DNA of 64,000 bases. Origin: Eledone cirrhosa. Its lineage: Eukaryota. This document shows positions 47,664 through 61,389 of this stretch, piece after piece. Position 1 is the stretch's first letter. Each line of letters opens with the position of its first letter. The notes under the pieces were generated by a model. That model was not told the origin of the DNA. It searched no databases and saw only the letters and a list, made by a program, of their open reading frames with translations. The DNA lies in NCBI GenBank assembly GCA_964016885.1, contig OZ024751.1, positions 39,866,001 to 39,930,000 on the forward strand. The letters run 5' to 3'. Position numbers and translations under genes: made by a program.

Positions 47664-48924
47664 ATTTGCTATGTAAGAGTATGTGTTTGTGTGGAATAAA
47701 TAATATAATAATATAATAGGAATAAATACAAGAATGTTATTACAAGTTTCAGAATACCAATTCCCCTGGAAGGCTTATCTAATTGTAAAAGAGAGTGGAC
47801 GTAATTTATATACGAATGTGCTGGTAAGTTAAAATGTCTGCAGATGGATTCTATCATGAACAATTATATTAGCGGTGTCTCCACGCCATCTTGTAGCTTG
47901 CTGTAATAATATTTTTTTTCATATAAGCATAAGTTCGGCAATTTGTTGGGTCGAGGAATTCGATTACATAGACCTCAGTATTTGAATGGTATTTATTTTA
48001 TCGATCCCGGAAGAATAAAAGGTAAAGGTGACCTCAGCAAGATTTGAATTCAGTTCTTAGGTCAAACCCAACCAGTGTCAACTTCATGTTTCTTCATTCA
48101 AGCAAATACGAAGCAATCACTTATCTTTACTCCTAGACGCAGGCATAGTCGAGTAGTTTAACATTTCACTTTGCATTCATGAAGATCTGGGCTCGATTCC
48201 ACTTCGTGACTTGTAGTGCAGCTTTTTGGGGGTTTTTTGTTAGCATAACCAGGGATCGCTAGTAAAATTTGGTAGGCTAGACAGATCTATGTTGAAGCTC
48301 ATCAGATATAAAACTTTGTGGAAAACTGTGACCTTTTAAGATTGTAGATAAGGCGGTGAAGTGGCAGAGTCGTTAGAATGTCAGATAGAGTCCTTTACGG
48401 TATTTGTTCCGACTCTCTGACCTCTGAGTTCAAATCCTGCTACGGTCAACTTTGTTTTTCGTCCTTTCTAGATCGATAAAAAAAAGTACTATTCTAAGAC
48501 TGGGGTAGATTGTTCCTCTGTATCTCTGTCTTACTTCCACTCTCTCACTCTCTATCCTTCTCTGGAAGAAATCTGCTGTACTCGAGCCTGGAGAGGAGAT
48601 ATTGGCTTCACCAGATTTTAAAATTCCCTAGAAACACTGTATGTCAATATTACACCCCTACGACTCCCACGGGAGTTACAGAGCCACGCTTATAAGGTGT
48701 GTGCGTCCTAGATGATTACCTAGTTGGCTTCAATGGTAGCTCCGACCCTCAACTAGAAGCATACAATATAACATACAATATATAACCGTAAAAATAAATG
48801 AAAACTCTGACGCATTTCATGTTTTTTCTGATCTTACCTTGGTGAACGTGGGAGACATGAAACTATATTTTCCAAATATGATTTGATAAGGACATAAATA
48901 ACACAATAATTACTTCTTTTTGTG

Positions 48925-49016
<92 letters not shown>

Positions 49017-49179
49017 CGCGGCTGTGTGTATGAGTTTGTGTATTTATGAGCGCAAGAAGTGGACTCTAAATATATGAAAATGTAGAATACACACGCATAT
49101 ATATACAAATATATTTACAAACATGCACACAGTTGTATAATATACATATATATACATGAGGGGGGGGGGTCTGTGTCTG

Positions 49180-49281
<102 letters not shown>

Positions 49282-49341
49282 CAGAGGAAGAGAAAGAGAG
49301 AAAGAGTGGTGAATGTTTCTCTTTAACTTACTCTCTCTCTC

Positions 49342-49412
<71 letters not shown>

Positions 49413-49418
49413 TCTCTG

Positions 49419-49451
<33 letters not shown>

Positions 49452-49626
49452 ACACTAATATATAATAATACATGAATGATATAAAGACAACAGTTATATT
49501 CACATGGCCTGATTCGACGCCATACACGAAACATAAAACGCCAGTCGAAACAGAGTAATATTTCATCCTTTGATATAATAACGTTTTTGGTTGTTAAATC
49601 TTCTAGTAACATAGTCATAGTTCACT

Positions 49627-50322
49627 GAAACTTTCAACTAAAATACTAACATGACAACATCACAGAGAATTCGATCTGCTAGAAGTAGCAGTCAAATATC
49701 GCTCAAAATTAAAGTGTGAAAACTTTCAACTAAAATACTAACATGACAACATCACAGAGAATTCGATCTGCTAGAAGTAACAGTCAAATATCGCTCAAAA
49801 TTAAAGTGTGAAAACTTTCAACTAAAATACTAACATGACAACATCACAGAGAATTCGATCTGCTAGAAGTAACAGTCAAATATCGCTCAAAATTAAAGTG
49901 TGAAAATTTCCAACTAAAATATTAACTTGACATGACAGAGCATTTGATCTGCTAGAAATGATAGTTAAACGTCACTCAAAATAACAGCCTAGCGTCTTTA
50001 AATGTGAAAACTTTCAACTAAAATACTAGTATGACAACATCAGAGAGAATTCGATCTGCCTGAAGTGATAGTCAAATATCGCTCAAAATAACAAGCTAGC
50101 GTCTTAAAATGTGAAAACTTTCAACTAAAATACTAACATGACATGAGAGAGCATTTGATCTGCTAGAAGTAATAGTCAAATATCGCTCAAAATATCAGCC
50201 TAGCGTCTTGAAATGGGAATACTTTCATCTAAAATACTAACATGACACGAGAGAGAATTTGATCTGCTAGAAACGATAGTAAAACATCTACTCAAAATAA
50301 GAACCTAGCGTCTTAAAATGTG
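49627..50322. repeat. Minisatellite, 7 units of ~92-107 bp
   Basis: aaactttcaactaaaatactaacatgac...gatctgctagaag repeated. Confidence 0.9.
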
Positions 50323-51070
50323 ATACAGTGACTAATAATGTAGGCGAAGATAAAATCTAGGCGAAAACAAAAAGAAACTAAATATATCTTTTGATCCCAT
50401 ATCTACTGGATGAGGGCTGAGGGCTCACCTAAGACTATACAACAATAACAGAAACGATAAGTACAATTCTAACAACAACAAAAAATGTCGAAGCCCATAT
50501 AGCCTGCTAGAAAGAGTAGTTAGGTTTTCCTCAAATAACAAGCTACCGCCTTTGAAAATTGACATAAGTGGAAATTTTAATTCCTCAGCCCAGGGAGCCG
50601 GGAACAATTGCTAGTCATTTAATAAGACGTTGTACCGTCCCAGGTCACTCTTCGCTCATTTATCTCGACTAAATATATAAGGCTATAAAATATATTGATT
50701 ATAAAGATATCTGTTTGCAAATATGTTCTAAATAAAATGTACATAATGACAGATGGCTGTTTAACAAGCGTTCCAGAATTACTCTTTGACTTTTCGGTTG
50801 CCATGGTGATATTTATGGAATAACTTCAGCATTAGATAGAAAAATATAATCTCCGCCTCTCCAGAAGAACTCAGGAAATAATGAAGTGGTAAATATTTCT
50901 TTGACATTCGGAAATGTGGAAATTAATTGCAATAAATAATGCAACTGTAAGTACGCCATTACTGCCATCCACTGCTGCACGGTATTATCTTGGCGAAGAG
51001 ACACATATTGAGAAAAACATACATCTCTGCCACACAAACGCACACACACACACACACACAGACACACACA

Positions 51071-51194
<124 letters not shown>

Positions 51195-51486
51195 AAATTA
51201 AGATAAATCAAAATGAATTTAATCTAAATCAAAATTATGGGTGTCATGCCAGAAAGACATGCGCCATATCACCCGCAAAATAAGCTCTATGATTCTAACG
51301 AATAGGTCCGAGCATTTTATAATAACTAGAAATTGATTAACATATAAATAAACATGAATAATCACAGGAGATAATTTTTACAAGTGTGTAAGCACACATA
51401 GGTAGGTAGGTAACTAAATAAAGTTAACCAGAACTTCAAAAATAGATACCTTATAATATGATTAATCTATATATATATATATATAT

Positions 51487-51931
51487 GCAGAGGTTATATT
51501 TAATTTGTTGGGATTCAACAAGCTTAAACATTTTTATAACTGATATAAAGCACTCAACAGATTAGTGGAATAAATATACAATATATTAATAAATGGAAAC
51601 TATATTTATAAAACCATAATTATTTTATTATATATATTTCAAGGGCAACCAAGGTAGATTATGGTGCGCTTTCATCAGATAAAATACAGATTTGTTTTAT
51701 AAATATTATTTATATTATTTATAAAACAAATCTGTATTTTATCTGATGAAAGCGCACCATAATCTACCTTGGTTGCCCTTGAAATATATATAATAAAATA
51801 ATTATGGTTTTATAAATATAGTTTCCATTTATTAATATATTGTATATTTACTCCACTATTTTGTTGAGTGCTTTATATCAGTTATAAAAATGTTTAAGCT
51901 TGTTGAATTCCAACAAATTAAATATAACCTC

Positions 51932-51934
<3 letters not shown>
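51487..51934. mobile_element. Family C fold-back element, near-perfect ~450-bp palindrome in (TA)n
   Basis: gcagaggttatatttaatttgttg...caacaaattaaatataacctctgc; centre near 51710. Confidence 0.85.
51735..51800 (+). ncRNA. Type I hammerhead ribozyme, family C (mirror copy on the minus strand at 51621-51686)
   Basis: tattttat CTGATGA aag-c-gca-cca...tgg-t-tgc-c-ctt GAAA TATATA TA|ataaaata; 8-bp stem I, AUA triplet. Confidence 0.78.
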
Positions 51935-52003
<69 letters not shown>

Positions 52004-52389
52004 CATACATATATATATATACGTATGTATATATAGCCCTGGTTTCTGTTGAGCTCTGCTGATGAATGAAATTCCAACCGTGACCATCTCGACTGAAAGT
52101 TTTCATGAAATAGTCTTTTAAGACTATACAGAGCATTTGATGTTATTCCAAATTGAAGGATAAGTGTTTCAAACTTTATTTTATCATGAGTTAAAGGTCT
52201 ATAGATTTTTCCCTGGATTTTACTAAATTCTGTGGATGAATTTATATCCTGATTCTCTTTTGAGATGAGTTTGAGTTATTTTTCCTAAATCTTTCGTTAA
52301 CTACTTTTCCCATCTTGACGTTATAGTCGCATATATGTTATGTTATAGAATGCCGTTAGCTTCTTGCTAAAACAATCTCTATACCTCTC

Positions 52390-52495
<106 letters not shown>

Positions 52496-52693
52496 ATATA
52501 TATATATGTGTGTGTGTGTGCGTGTGTGTGTGTGTGTGTGCGTTTGTGTGCAGAGATGTATGCTTCTCTCAATATATATATATATATATACAGCTCCAGC
52601 CGTTTCGACAGCTAGATCCTAAGTATCGAATACTCTGGTCCACCTGGTATCTTACCACACCCTCTTTGTTATATATATATATATATATATATA

Positions 52694-52896
52694 GGAACAA
52701 GTAAGACCCCGACGGCTGAGCTCAAGCCGTTTCGACGGCTAATTCTGTACAGAATTGGTACAGAATTAGCCGTCGAAACGGCTTGAGCTCAGCCGTCGGG
52801 GTCTTACTTGTTCCTATTACCCACTCTACTACCCTAAGTATTGAGTACTTTGGTGCGTTATGGTCCACCTGGTTCCTTACCACTTTTCCTTCGTTA
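52694..52896 (+). mobile_element. Family A copy (deleted variant adjacent at ~52591-52671)
   Basis: Sequence match; both arms share copy-specific variants. Confidence 0.88.
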
Positions 52897-53374
52897 TATA
52901 TATCGTCGTTTCTATATTTACTCTTCCATGCTGACGTGGTCGTTGGACATGCCTAATACATACATAAGAAATGCATTTGATCATAGTCCTGCCCGATCAT
53001 GAATGACCCAGGGCTAAATACTAACATTTGCTACAATTTCATAAGAATGAAGAATAACCTCACCCTTTACAGACGAGATTTGAATTCAGAACGAGATATT
53101 TTGTCCTTTGACCTGTTCCGTTTCTGGAGGAACCCACTTTGCCAGCTTAATTTTACTAATGCTTGTTAAAGGATGTTTAAACGATTTATAAACAAGATGT
53201 CTATAAAATATATACATTTATTCTTACTCCATTTTTTATTGTTTATCATTTTTATCTGTTATTGTAACATTAAGATTTCCATAGTGTGGGAAATATAAAT
53301 ATATTTGACAGTTTCGTCATATTACACAAGAAACTTTTATGTAATAATCGACGTTCTGAATAAAGGATTCGAAA

Positions 53375-53860
53375 GTTTGTTATATACAAGCATCGGGGTT
53401 AATCGGTATAAAGTCACTCGCTGACATTCTCCAGACTCTGGTCCCACAGCTGTGTTATCACCTCCTTTCTGTCTCTTCTAACGTAACTCCAATTGTTTCT
53501 GTATCTTGCAGCTTGTTAAGAACTATGCCACCTCCACACAGACACTCCTGATTCTTACCCTTCATCTACGTTGTGTTCAACCTCTTCTACGCCCCATATT
53601 AATTAGTACGCCCACTCGTTCCTGCCCTAGACTTCGGCTTCGGCGCTCTAAAACTCCCTCCCTCAACCCACGTCTCTCTCTTCCTCTAATTACTCAAGTT
53701 GTATTCAATCTTCTCTTCCCTATGCCCTAAACTAAACACTACACCCAATCCTTCCTGCCCAGAACACCGGCCCTCTGGAACACCCCCCCTGCTGACGTTT
53801 TTTCGGAAGGAGTTGGCTTTTAAACAGAACATTAACGACATTGATCTCCAGTGCCTGTGA
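53375..53860 (+). mobile_element. Degenerate CR1/L2/Jockey-group LINE 3' end
   Basis: ASGLIGIKSLADILQTL... and HYTQSFLPRTPALWNTPPADVF (SF.PRT..LWN.LP motif). Confidence 0.65.
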
Positions 53861-54515
53861 AGGCTATGGACACTGTCCCTTACCTCAGACCTCAGACCTT
53901 TCAACTGAATCCAAAACAAATGTATGAAACTCATTCGGTTTCCTAAATAGAAAATTAGTCTAATGACTATATAAATAGGTTTATTTACAATAATTTATAA
54001 CTTTGCCTATTAATCCGTATGGGTGAGCAAATGGGGTCCCACGTGCTGGCCTCCGTACAGCCCCGGCGGACAGGAAGGAGAAGGCGTTTCCCCGGAGGAT
54101 GGTAAGGGAGATGCGCTGGAAGAGCCATTCCAACTCGCGAGACTCACACCTGCGTCGACATGTTTCGTTAAAGAGTCGTAAGTTTGGTGTTTTATAATTA
54201 AATTCTACTAGTGGATCCTCAGCGAGGAAAACAATTTTGAAATCGAAAAATACGTGAGAATATTATTCAAACTAGAGACATTATTTTATAGAATTCTTAA
54301 AGAGTTGCCTAAGGCTTTTCTTTTTTTTTTTTTTTTAGTTGTTTTAGTGAGCGGGGAGGTTCGTCGTCGCCATCATCATCGTTTTTGACAGTACGGTTGA
54401 TGTTTCTGTTGTTGTAGACGTTGTTGTTGTTGTTGTGATGGTGGTGGAGGCGGTGAGACAGCTTAAAGAGAGAAATACATTATTTACATCGTTTCTGTCT
54501 GTAAACAGTCAGTAT

Positions 54516-54608
<93 letters not shown>

Positions 54609-54610
<2 letters not shown>

Positions 54611-54802
54611 AACGAGTAGGACCCCGACGGCTGAGCTCAAGCCGTTTCGACGGCTAATTCAGAGTCCAGAATTAGCCGTCGAAATGGCTTGAGCTCAGCC
54701 GTCGGGGTCCTACTCGTTCCTATTACCCACTCTACTACCCTAAGTATTGAGTACTTTGGTGCGTTATGGTCCACTTGGTTCCTTACCACATTTCCTTCGT
54801 TA
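54609..54802 (+). mobile_element. Family A copy
   Basis: Sequence match; follows a long (TA)n. Confidence 0.88.
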
Positions 54803-54827
54803 AATATATATATATAGAGAGAGAGAG

Positions 54828-55664
54828 AGAATTAGTATATCTACCAATATATGTATACAGATGTATACCCATGCTAGCAAATATATATGTTATGTCTTAG
54901 TACCTTTGTGGTTCTATGCAGGGGGATGCAGAACAATTATATGAAAGACGTAAAATAAGAAAATTTTAAAAATTAAAAATTAACTTACTAAAATTTTCAC
55001 TCCAACTAATTAGTTTCTGTAAGGGAATATAGTTACGTAACGCAACTATAGAGAAGTCCTTACGTCATCAGGGAGTCTATTCTCAGCTAAGTTGCCAGGC
55101 AATGCGCGGACACTAGGAATCCATATAAAAATAATAATTCAGTGGATCGAATAAAGCTAGCGGGGACTAAATTCCAGGGCACTGAAAAAATTCACTGCCT
55201 ACTTGGTCAGTGGCAAATTCTGAGGTTAATCAGTGAGGAGTGGGGTGGTATTATGACAAGAGCCTAACTACTACCATGAACCAAAGCAGTAAATGTTGGC
55301 AAGTTTTGCTCAACAAATAATTTGGAGATAAATATAGAGAATTAGTATATCTACCAACATATGTATACAGATGTATACCCATGCTAGCAAATATATATGT
55401 TATGTCTTAGTACCTTTGTGGTTCTATGCAGGGGGATGCTGAACAATTATATGAAAGACGTAAAATAATAACTATTTTTATATGGGTTCCTAGTGTCCGC
55501 GCATTGCCTGGGAAATTAGCTGAGAATAGACTTCCTGATGACGTAAGGACTTCTCTATAGTTGCGTTACGTAACTATATTTATTCCCTTACAGAAACTAA
55601 TTAGTTGGAGTGAAAATTTTAGTAAGTTAATTTTTAATATATTAAAATTTTCTTATTTTACGTC

Positions 55665-55670
<6 letters not shown>
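54828..55670 (-). mobile_element. Penelope-like architecture: direct repeat (~54828-54958 = ~55337-55468), body, and inverted ribozyme-bearing repeat (~54940-55135 vs ~55472-55670)
   Basis: Repeats read directly; ends in (TA)n; a related terminal fragment lies at ~3622-3670. Confidence 0.8.
55530..55611 (+). ncRNA. Type I hammerhead with extended stem II (mirror copy on the minus strand at 54999-55076)
   Basis: act(t/c)c CTGATGA c-gtaagg...ccttac-a GAAA CTAATTAG TT|ggagt; inner hairpin tatagttgcg/cgtaactata in stem II. Confidence 0.8.
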
Positions 55671-55731
<61 letters not shown>

Positions 55732-56140
55732 GTGGATATATATATATATATTTGATGGATATATATATAAATATATAGTTGATGGATATATATATATATA
55801 TATATTCACCAAACTAATATATTGCATTATTGTATTGTGTTGTTTCACATATGTGTGTATATGTGAGTGTTTGTACTTGTAGATAGATAGATCGATAGAT
55901 ACGTACATAATTAAATACATATAAATATACATTCACATATGCATATACACATAGATATACACATACACATACATATATATGTACATATACATATACACAT
56001 ATACATACACATATACATATACACATATACATATATACACATACACATACATATACATATAATTACACATACATATACATGTACATATATATACACATAT
56101 ATATATATATACATATATATATATACATATATATATATAC

Positions 56141-56179
<39 letters not shown>

Positions 56180-56181
<2 letters not shown>

Positions 56182-56294
56182 ACAAAGGAATTGTGGTAAG
56201 GAACCAGATGGACCATAACGCACCAGAGTACTCAATAGTCTAGAAATAGCCGTCGAAACGGCTTGAGCTCTGCCGTCGGGGTCATACTTTTTCC
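56180..56294 (-). mobile_element. Family A copy with internal deletion
   Basis: Tail fused to outer arm; similar deleted copies at ~25386-25468 and ~28581-28662. Confidence 0.8.
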
Positions 56295-56338
<44 letters not shown>

Positions 56339-56470
56339 TATATGTGTGAATATAGACATAGAATATTCGAAAATATTCTGTATGTTTATAATAAACATTT
56401 TGAAGACCTAATCGCTATAGAATAGAATACGTCACGTATTACAATTAGATTCTCGATAAAAGCAAGGGAA

Positions 56471-56513
56471 GTAATCTACGCGTTTCATTCTTGTTAGAAA
56501 TCTTCAGGACTAC
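56471..56513 (-). ncRNA. Minimal type I hammerhead ribozyme, copy 1 of the 310-bp partial tandem
   Basis: Minus strand: gtagtc CTGAAGA t-ttct-aaca-agaa-t GAAA CGCG TA|gattac; stems I and II pair, stem III is palindromic, GUA triplet. Confidence 0.88.
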
Positions 56514-56780
56514 ATATCCAGTGCTTTTATCGAGAATGACACAGCTAGAGACTTATAGAATACTTAGCTGTGTACAGGAACTGGTTTGAAAGAGCGGTTG
56601 CCGGTCCGGCAGAAATTAGAAATTGGAATAAATGCTCTGAAATAGCGATATATATGTGAATATAGACATAGAATATTCGAAAATATTCTGTATGTTTATA
56701 ATAAACATTTTGAAGACCTAATCGCTATAGAATAGAATACGTCACGTATTACAATTAGATTCTCGATAAAAGCAAGGGAA

Positions 56781-56823
56781 GTAATCTACGCGTTTCATTC
56801 TTGTTAGAAATCTTCAGGACTAC
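56781..56823 (-). ncRNA. Minimal type I hammerhead ribozyme, copy 2 (310 bp from copy 1)
   Basis: Identical to 56471-56513. Confidence 0.88.
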
Positions 56824-56867
56824 ATATCCAGTGCTTTTATCGAGAATGACACAGCTAGAGACTTATA

Positions 56868-56925
<58 letters not shown>

Positions 56926-56930
56926 ATATA

Positions 56931-57013
<83 letters not shown>

Positions 57014-57057
57014 CGTTTCTGAATTTATTGGCAACATGACCCTCCCAAAGTATAACA

Positions 57058-57088
<31 letters not shown>

Positions 57089-57089
57089 T

Positions 57090-57138
<49 letters not shown>

Positions 57139-57522
57139 CATCTATAGATCATAGAGGTTGATAGAAAAATTATCTGTCAGCGGTGCTAACAGATAATAAA
57201 TGAAATGGAGAAAGAAACAGATGCTAAATTTAAAGTGAACGTAAGATGATCTAGCTAATATATCAACTTTACTAATGATGGTGGTTGCATATTGATTCTT
57301 GCTTCCTGGAAATTGGCAGAAAGCCACAGAAGATTCTGCACAATGTGAACTGTCGATTAAATTGGTCCCTGCCGCTTAAATCAAGTCCCTTGCTGCTTAT
57401 TTAATGGATAATTTGGTATAAATATTGGAATGAAATGAAATTAAACAGAAGAAAATTAATTTTAATTCATTAAATTAATTTCACTTTTATTACGGTTGTA
57501 TTTTCACAACATGAAGGATTAT

Positions 57523-57569
<47 letters not shown>

Positions 57570-57598
57570 GCTGCTGTTGCTGTTGTTGTTGTTGATGT

Positions 57599-57668
<70 letters not shown>

Positions 57669-57817
57669 GCTGTTGTTGTTGTTGTTGTTGTTGTTGCTAC
57701 TGTTGTTGTTGTTGTTGTTGCTGTTGTTGTTGGTGGTGCTCTTGTTGTTGTTGCTGTTGTTGCTGGTGCTGTTGCTGTTGTTGCTGTTGTTGTTGTTGTT
57801 GATGTTGCTGTTGCTGC

Positions 57818-57860
<43 letters not shown>

Positions 57861-57902
57861 GCTGGTGCTGTTGTTGTTGCTGTTGTTGCTGTTGTTGGTG
57901 CT

Positions 57903-57954
<52 letters not shown>

Positions 57955-58006
57955 TTGCTGTTGTTGTTGTTGTTGTTGCTGCTGGTGCTGTTGTTGCTGT
58001 TGTTGC

Positions 58007-58037
<31 letters not shown>

Positions 58038-58370
58038 GCTGTTGCTGTTGTTGTTGTTGCTGTTGCTGTTGTTGTTGTTGCTGCCAAGGTTGGAATAACC
58101 ATACTATTAACAATATACAGGGAAAATACTATGATGATGATGATGATGATAAAGATTATGAGAAGAAGAAGAAGAAGAAGAAGAAGAAGAAGAAGAAGAA
58201 GAAGAAGCGGCGGCGGCGGCGACAGCGACGAGGAGGAGGGGGACCAGGAGGAGCAGGAGGGGGGACCAGGAGCAGGAGGAGGAGCAGGAGCAGGAGCAGG
58301 AGCAGGAGAAGCGGGGGTGGGAATAGGAGGAGGAACAGGAGGAGGAGGAGGAGGAAGAGGAGGAGGAGAA
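57523..58370. repeat. Compound trinucleotide array (GTT/GCT, GAT, GAA, GGC, GGA)
   Basis: Read directly. Confidence 0.95.
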
Positions 58371-59447
58371 GCTATATACAATACAAATAACTTGTCCACT
58401 GTAACTGTATGTTGAGAGAGATGTGTTCAATGTTCAATGTTCAATTTGATGTGATTTTCAATAATTGTTGACGGAGATCTAGAGAATAACATTGATTATA
58501 ACCATACAAATAAGGAAATGGTGGTCACGTGGTCGCTTGACCTGCTAAAAATAGCAGCCATATCTCTTGCCTTCTTTGTCATTGAAAGAAAATTATTCAT
58601 ATTGGATTATTGGTTTATTTATCCCTAGTGGCCTAGTGGTTAGAGTGTTGGACTTACATAATGTCGTGGGTTCGATTCCTGGGTTGTGTGTTGTGTTCTT
58701 TAGCAAAACACTTCATTTAAACTATAACACATAGTAGAGTGTACTTCTAATTCTAAACTCTAGCCTTGTCATATACTATATCATGCTGAATCTCTCTGAG
58801 AAAAATTGCAACGGTGCACGTGTCAGTGGAATACTTAGCCATTTACACGTTAGTTCCCGAACTGGACGCTCATCTTCGATTTGACTTGATGCATGCTCAT
58901 CGCTGAAACAGACGGAAGATCTAACATCATATTTTCATTTGTGTTTTTGTTAAGAATGAAAAGTTTCCGAATAAAATATAACTTATTTTTTTTTTAGAAA
59001 ACATGCTTTGGAAAAATCGTATTTTATTCGGTGAAACACTTCCGTTAAAGACAAATCCCTCCACCCACCACACCCACACACCCCCACACACCCAACTCCT
59101 TAAAAGGTAGATATAACTAAGGTAGAAAATATCTCTAATATAATGTGAAATACGACCGTACGTGACAAAATCCTGGATTTATAACAAACTAGCTGTAAGA
59201 CACTAACTCAACTCACAAGCTAATGTTTGTGTATGTACGTGTGTACATGTGTGTGTATGTTTCTGTGTATTTGCTTGTGTGTTTGTACTTGTGTGTGTGT
59301 GTGTGTGTGTGTGGCGGGGTGGGGTGTAAAGTTAGCAATTCAGAGACTTTGGTGATATATCATCTCAGGCAATTTGGGATGGCGAAATAATGGTTCGTCC
59401 ATATTGATTTTAACGTAAAATGGAAAACATCTTTTTCAACAACTATA

Positions 59448-59667
<220 letters not shown>

Positions 59668-59672
59668 ATATA

Positions 59673-59998
<326 letters not shown>

Positions 59999-60405
59999 AC
60001 CAAACACGGATTGATGCGTGTTTGGCTGCATAACCTAAATAAATAATTGACTCTAGGCGGTGTGTATGTGATAGATCTAAGACTAAGATGGTTTGTTCGG
60101 TTGCTTCTAGCGGATTTCTTATCGTTGCTTGCCTACTTCAACATTCTTCATCTCTTATATCTTATATCTTATATCTTATAGTATCACAGAAATCTTCGAA
60201 ATTTCTAGAAATGTTGCAGGTCTTTTGTTTTTTTCTAAAAAGTTATTTGAAAAAATATTTGTCTCTCTGAGGTGGTGTGAATAATGTGTTCCGGCTTCCG
60301 TCAGTTTCCAACGACCAGAGTTCCCTGTGTTTGCTAAACGGAACAGATGGTTCGTGAAATTAATGGAACGTGCAAGTGCCTGGGCATTCTACTGACCTAA
60401 GGCTA

Positions 60406-60538
60406 AACAACAACAACAACAAGAACTACTACTACTACTACTACAGCTCTGCTGCTGTTGCTGCTACTACTACTACTGTTACTACTACTACTGCTGCTGC
60501 TACTTCTACTACTACTACTACTTCTACTACTACTACTT

Positions 60539-60569
<31 letters not shown>

Positions 60570-61186
60570 AGAAACCGCAAGGTAAGCAACAACAATAACA
60601 GAAACAACGACATCAACAATAAGGATAACAACAGTAAGAATAACAACAGTAACAACAATATTGTCAACGACGACATTAAGAGTAACAACACCAGTAAAAT
60701 CAACAACAACAAGAATAGCAACAGTTACAATAATAACAATAACAACAGAAACAACAACACCACCAGCAACACCACCAACACAATCATCACCACCACCACC
60801 ACCATCACCACCCGCAACACCATCATCATCACCATCACCACCACCAACACCGACACCACCATCACCACCAACACCATCATCACCACCACCATCACCAACA
60901 CCACCAACACCACCATCACCACCATCACCACCAGCAGCACCAACACCACCAACACCACCATCACCACCATCACCACCAACACCACCAACACCACCATCAC
61001 CACCAACACCACCACCACCACCACCATCACCACCAGCAACACCAACACCATCACCACCAGCAACACCACCACCACTACCACCACCAACACCACCAACACC
61101 ACCACCACCACCATCACCACCACCACCACCACCACCAGCAACAACAACAACAACAACAACACTAATATTAACAACAACAACGACAA
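60406..61186. repeat. Compound trinucleotide array (AAC, TAC, CAC/CAT)
   Basis: Read directly. Confidence 0.95.
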
Positions 61187-61389
61187 TGAAATATTTCATA
61201 GTAATATAGTTGAGATGTAATCCATCTTGTATTTTCCTGCAGTCCTTGTAATGGAGAGGCATTTCCTAAGGTTTCCTGGCCTCGGCACTTATCAGAAGAA
61301 AACATCGTCATTTGGTGTAACTCACGCCGAGACCCTGGCAGTTGCTATATATTGTTACGGTATTAGATGGCTCTAGGCTAGTGAGTCAT

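Larger units (their letters stand above)
56343..56872 (-). mobile_element. Retrozyme/Penelope pLTR-like element: ~1.7 copies of a 310-bp unit inserted in (TA)n
   Basis: About 220-bp direct repeats (~56345-56562 and ~56655-56872), each with a hammerhead; flanked by TA tracts; no ORF. Confidence 0.8.

Noticed and set aside
49505-49562. Hammerhead-like ctgattc-gac...gtc-gaaa-cagagta
   Set aside because: Core, stem I and stem III are all defective; unsupported. Similar weak hits near 19427, 21130 and 47372 were also dropped.
54150-54226. Minus-strand CTGAGGA ... GAAACATGTC as a hammerhead
   Set aside because: Stems I and II do not pair; probably chance.
57470-58430. Mucin-like poly-T / poly-Q / poly-L ORFs
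   Set aside because: Trinucleotide arrays without splice signals or unique coding sequence; the same applies to 60441-61262 and 45362-45757.
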